From assembly GCA_000934665.2 (NCBI GenBank), contig JYFJ02001142.1, forward strand, positions 1 through 64,000: a DNA stretch of 64,000 bases. The letters are read 5' to 3'. The stretch comes from Catajapyx aquilonaris (Eukaryota). How positions within the stretch are numbered: position 1 is the stretch's first letter; the number at the start of each line of letters is the position of its first letter. This document shows, one piece after another, positions 63,801 to 64,000 of the stretch. The notes beneath the pieces are model-generated. The model saw only the letters and a program-made list of their open reading frames with translations. It was not told the DNA's origin and did not search any database. Position numbers and translations under genes: made by a program.

Positions 63801-64000
63801 TCCCTGGTTTGTACAGGACAGCAGGGTCCCAATGCGGCTCCCCTGCATGGACACTGCGTCCACCTCCTTCGGCTGGATCCGTCCTGGTCCTCCGGAGGCG
63901 CACATGCCCACCACACTACCAGCTGGTCCATGGGGATGCGCTCAACCCCTCTCTCCACCCCCACCACCAAGTTCCTCACCAAACCCAACACTCTGTCCCC
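39894..64000 (-). CDS. PLEKHG4: Puratrophin-1/PLEKHG4-like RhoGEF (Sec14/CRAL-TRIO-like, spectrin-like repeats, DH-PH); 5' end lies beyond the window
   Basis: Exons on the minus strand are >64000-63679, 60254-60141, 59500-59295 (PGLRDSEGRPLV), 59193-59107, 59035-58922 (LPSDLGGSVTHLQDQWLHLRK), 54348-54092, 53887-53749, 52392-52270, 43788-43549, 43461-43258, 43106-42550, 42426-42351 (IMREMIQTERDYVKSL), 42288-42115 (VVFGNIEKIYEFH), 41580-40911 (LASYLLKPVQRMGKYALLL...FQLRHGNDLLAMD, PH domain), 40652-40039 (MAEMSSMGIGNKPCLDIKPSEDQISDR) and 39899-39894. All phases are compatible. Confidence 0.87.
53251..53429. mobile_element. 179-bp pogo/Tigger-like MITE, TA-flanked
   Basis: TA|CAGTAAAACCTCGATGTAACGCTC ... 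GAGCATTATATCGAGGTTTTACTG|TA, a 24-bp imperfect TIR. Confidence 0.85.
58642..58663. repeat. (AG)n microsatellite
   Basis: About 11 AG units. A similar (CT)n run lies at about 27378-27397. Confidence 0.7.

Overview
This is eukaryotic, intron-rich animal DNA. It is most likely an arthropod, judging from the CG9095-type and puratrophin-type genes and an insect-type tRNA SINE. I reconstructed four spliced protein-coding genes by hand from splice sites and reading frames. (1) Importin-4, + strand, 945-6211, 13 exons. (2) A CG9095/furrowed-family type I membrane protein (Sushi-FTP-C-type lectin-10xSushi-TM), - strand, 22010-6638, 15 exons. (3) PRP4 splicing kinase, - strand, 38063-28497, 10 exons. 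(4) A puratrophin-1/PLEKHG4-like Sec14-spectrin-DH-PH RhoGEF, - strand, from beyond 64000 to 39894, with its 5' end outside the window. Introns and the intergenic region carry two intact tRNA-derived SINEs with target-site duplications, TA-flanked Tc1/mariner- and pogo-type MITEs, and several near-perfect fold-back palindromes. The most notable signals are a U12-type minor-spliceosome intron in importin-4, probable GC-AG introns, a one-codon terminal exon that completes a PDZ-binding motif, candidate unannotated alternative exons, and a dense cluster of hairpin elements in PRP4K introns. I found no CRISPR array, no prokaryotic system and no clearly new biological system. All family assignments come from recalled motifs, not database searches.
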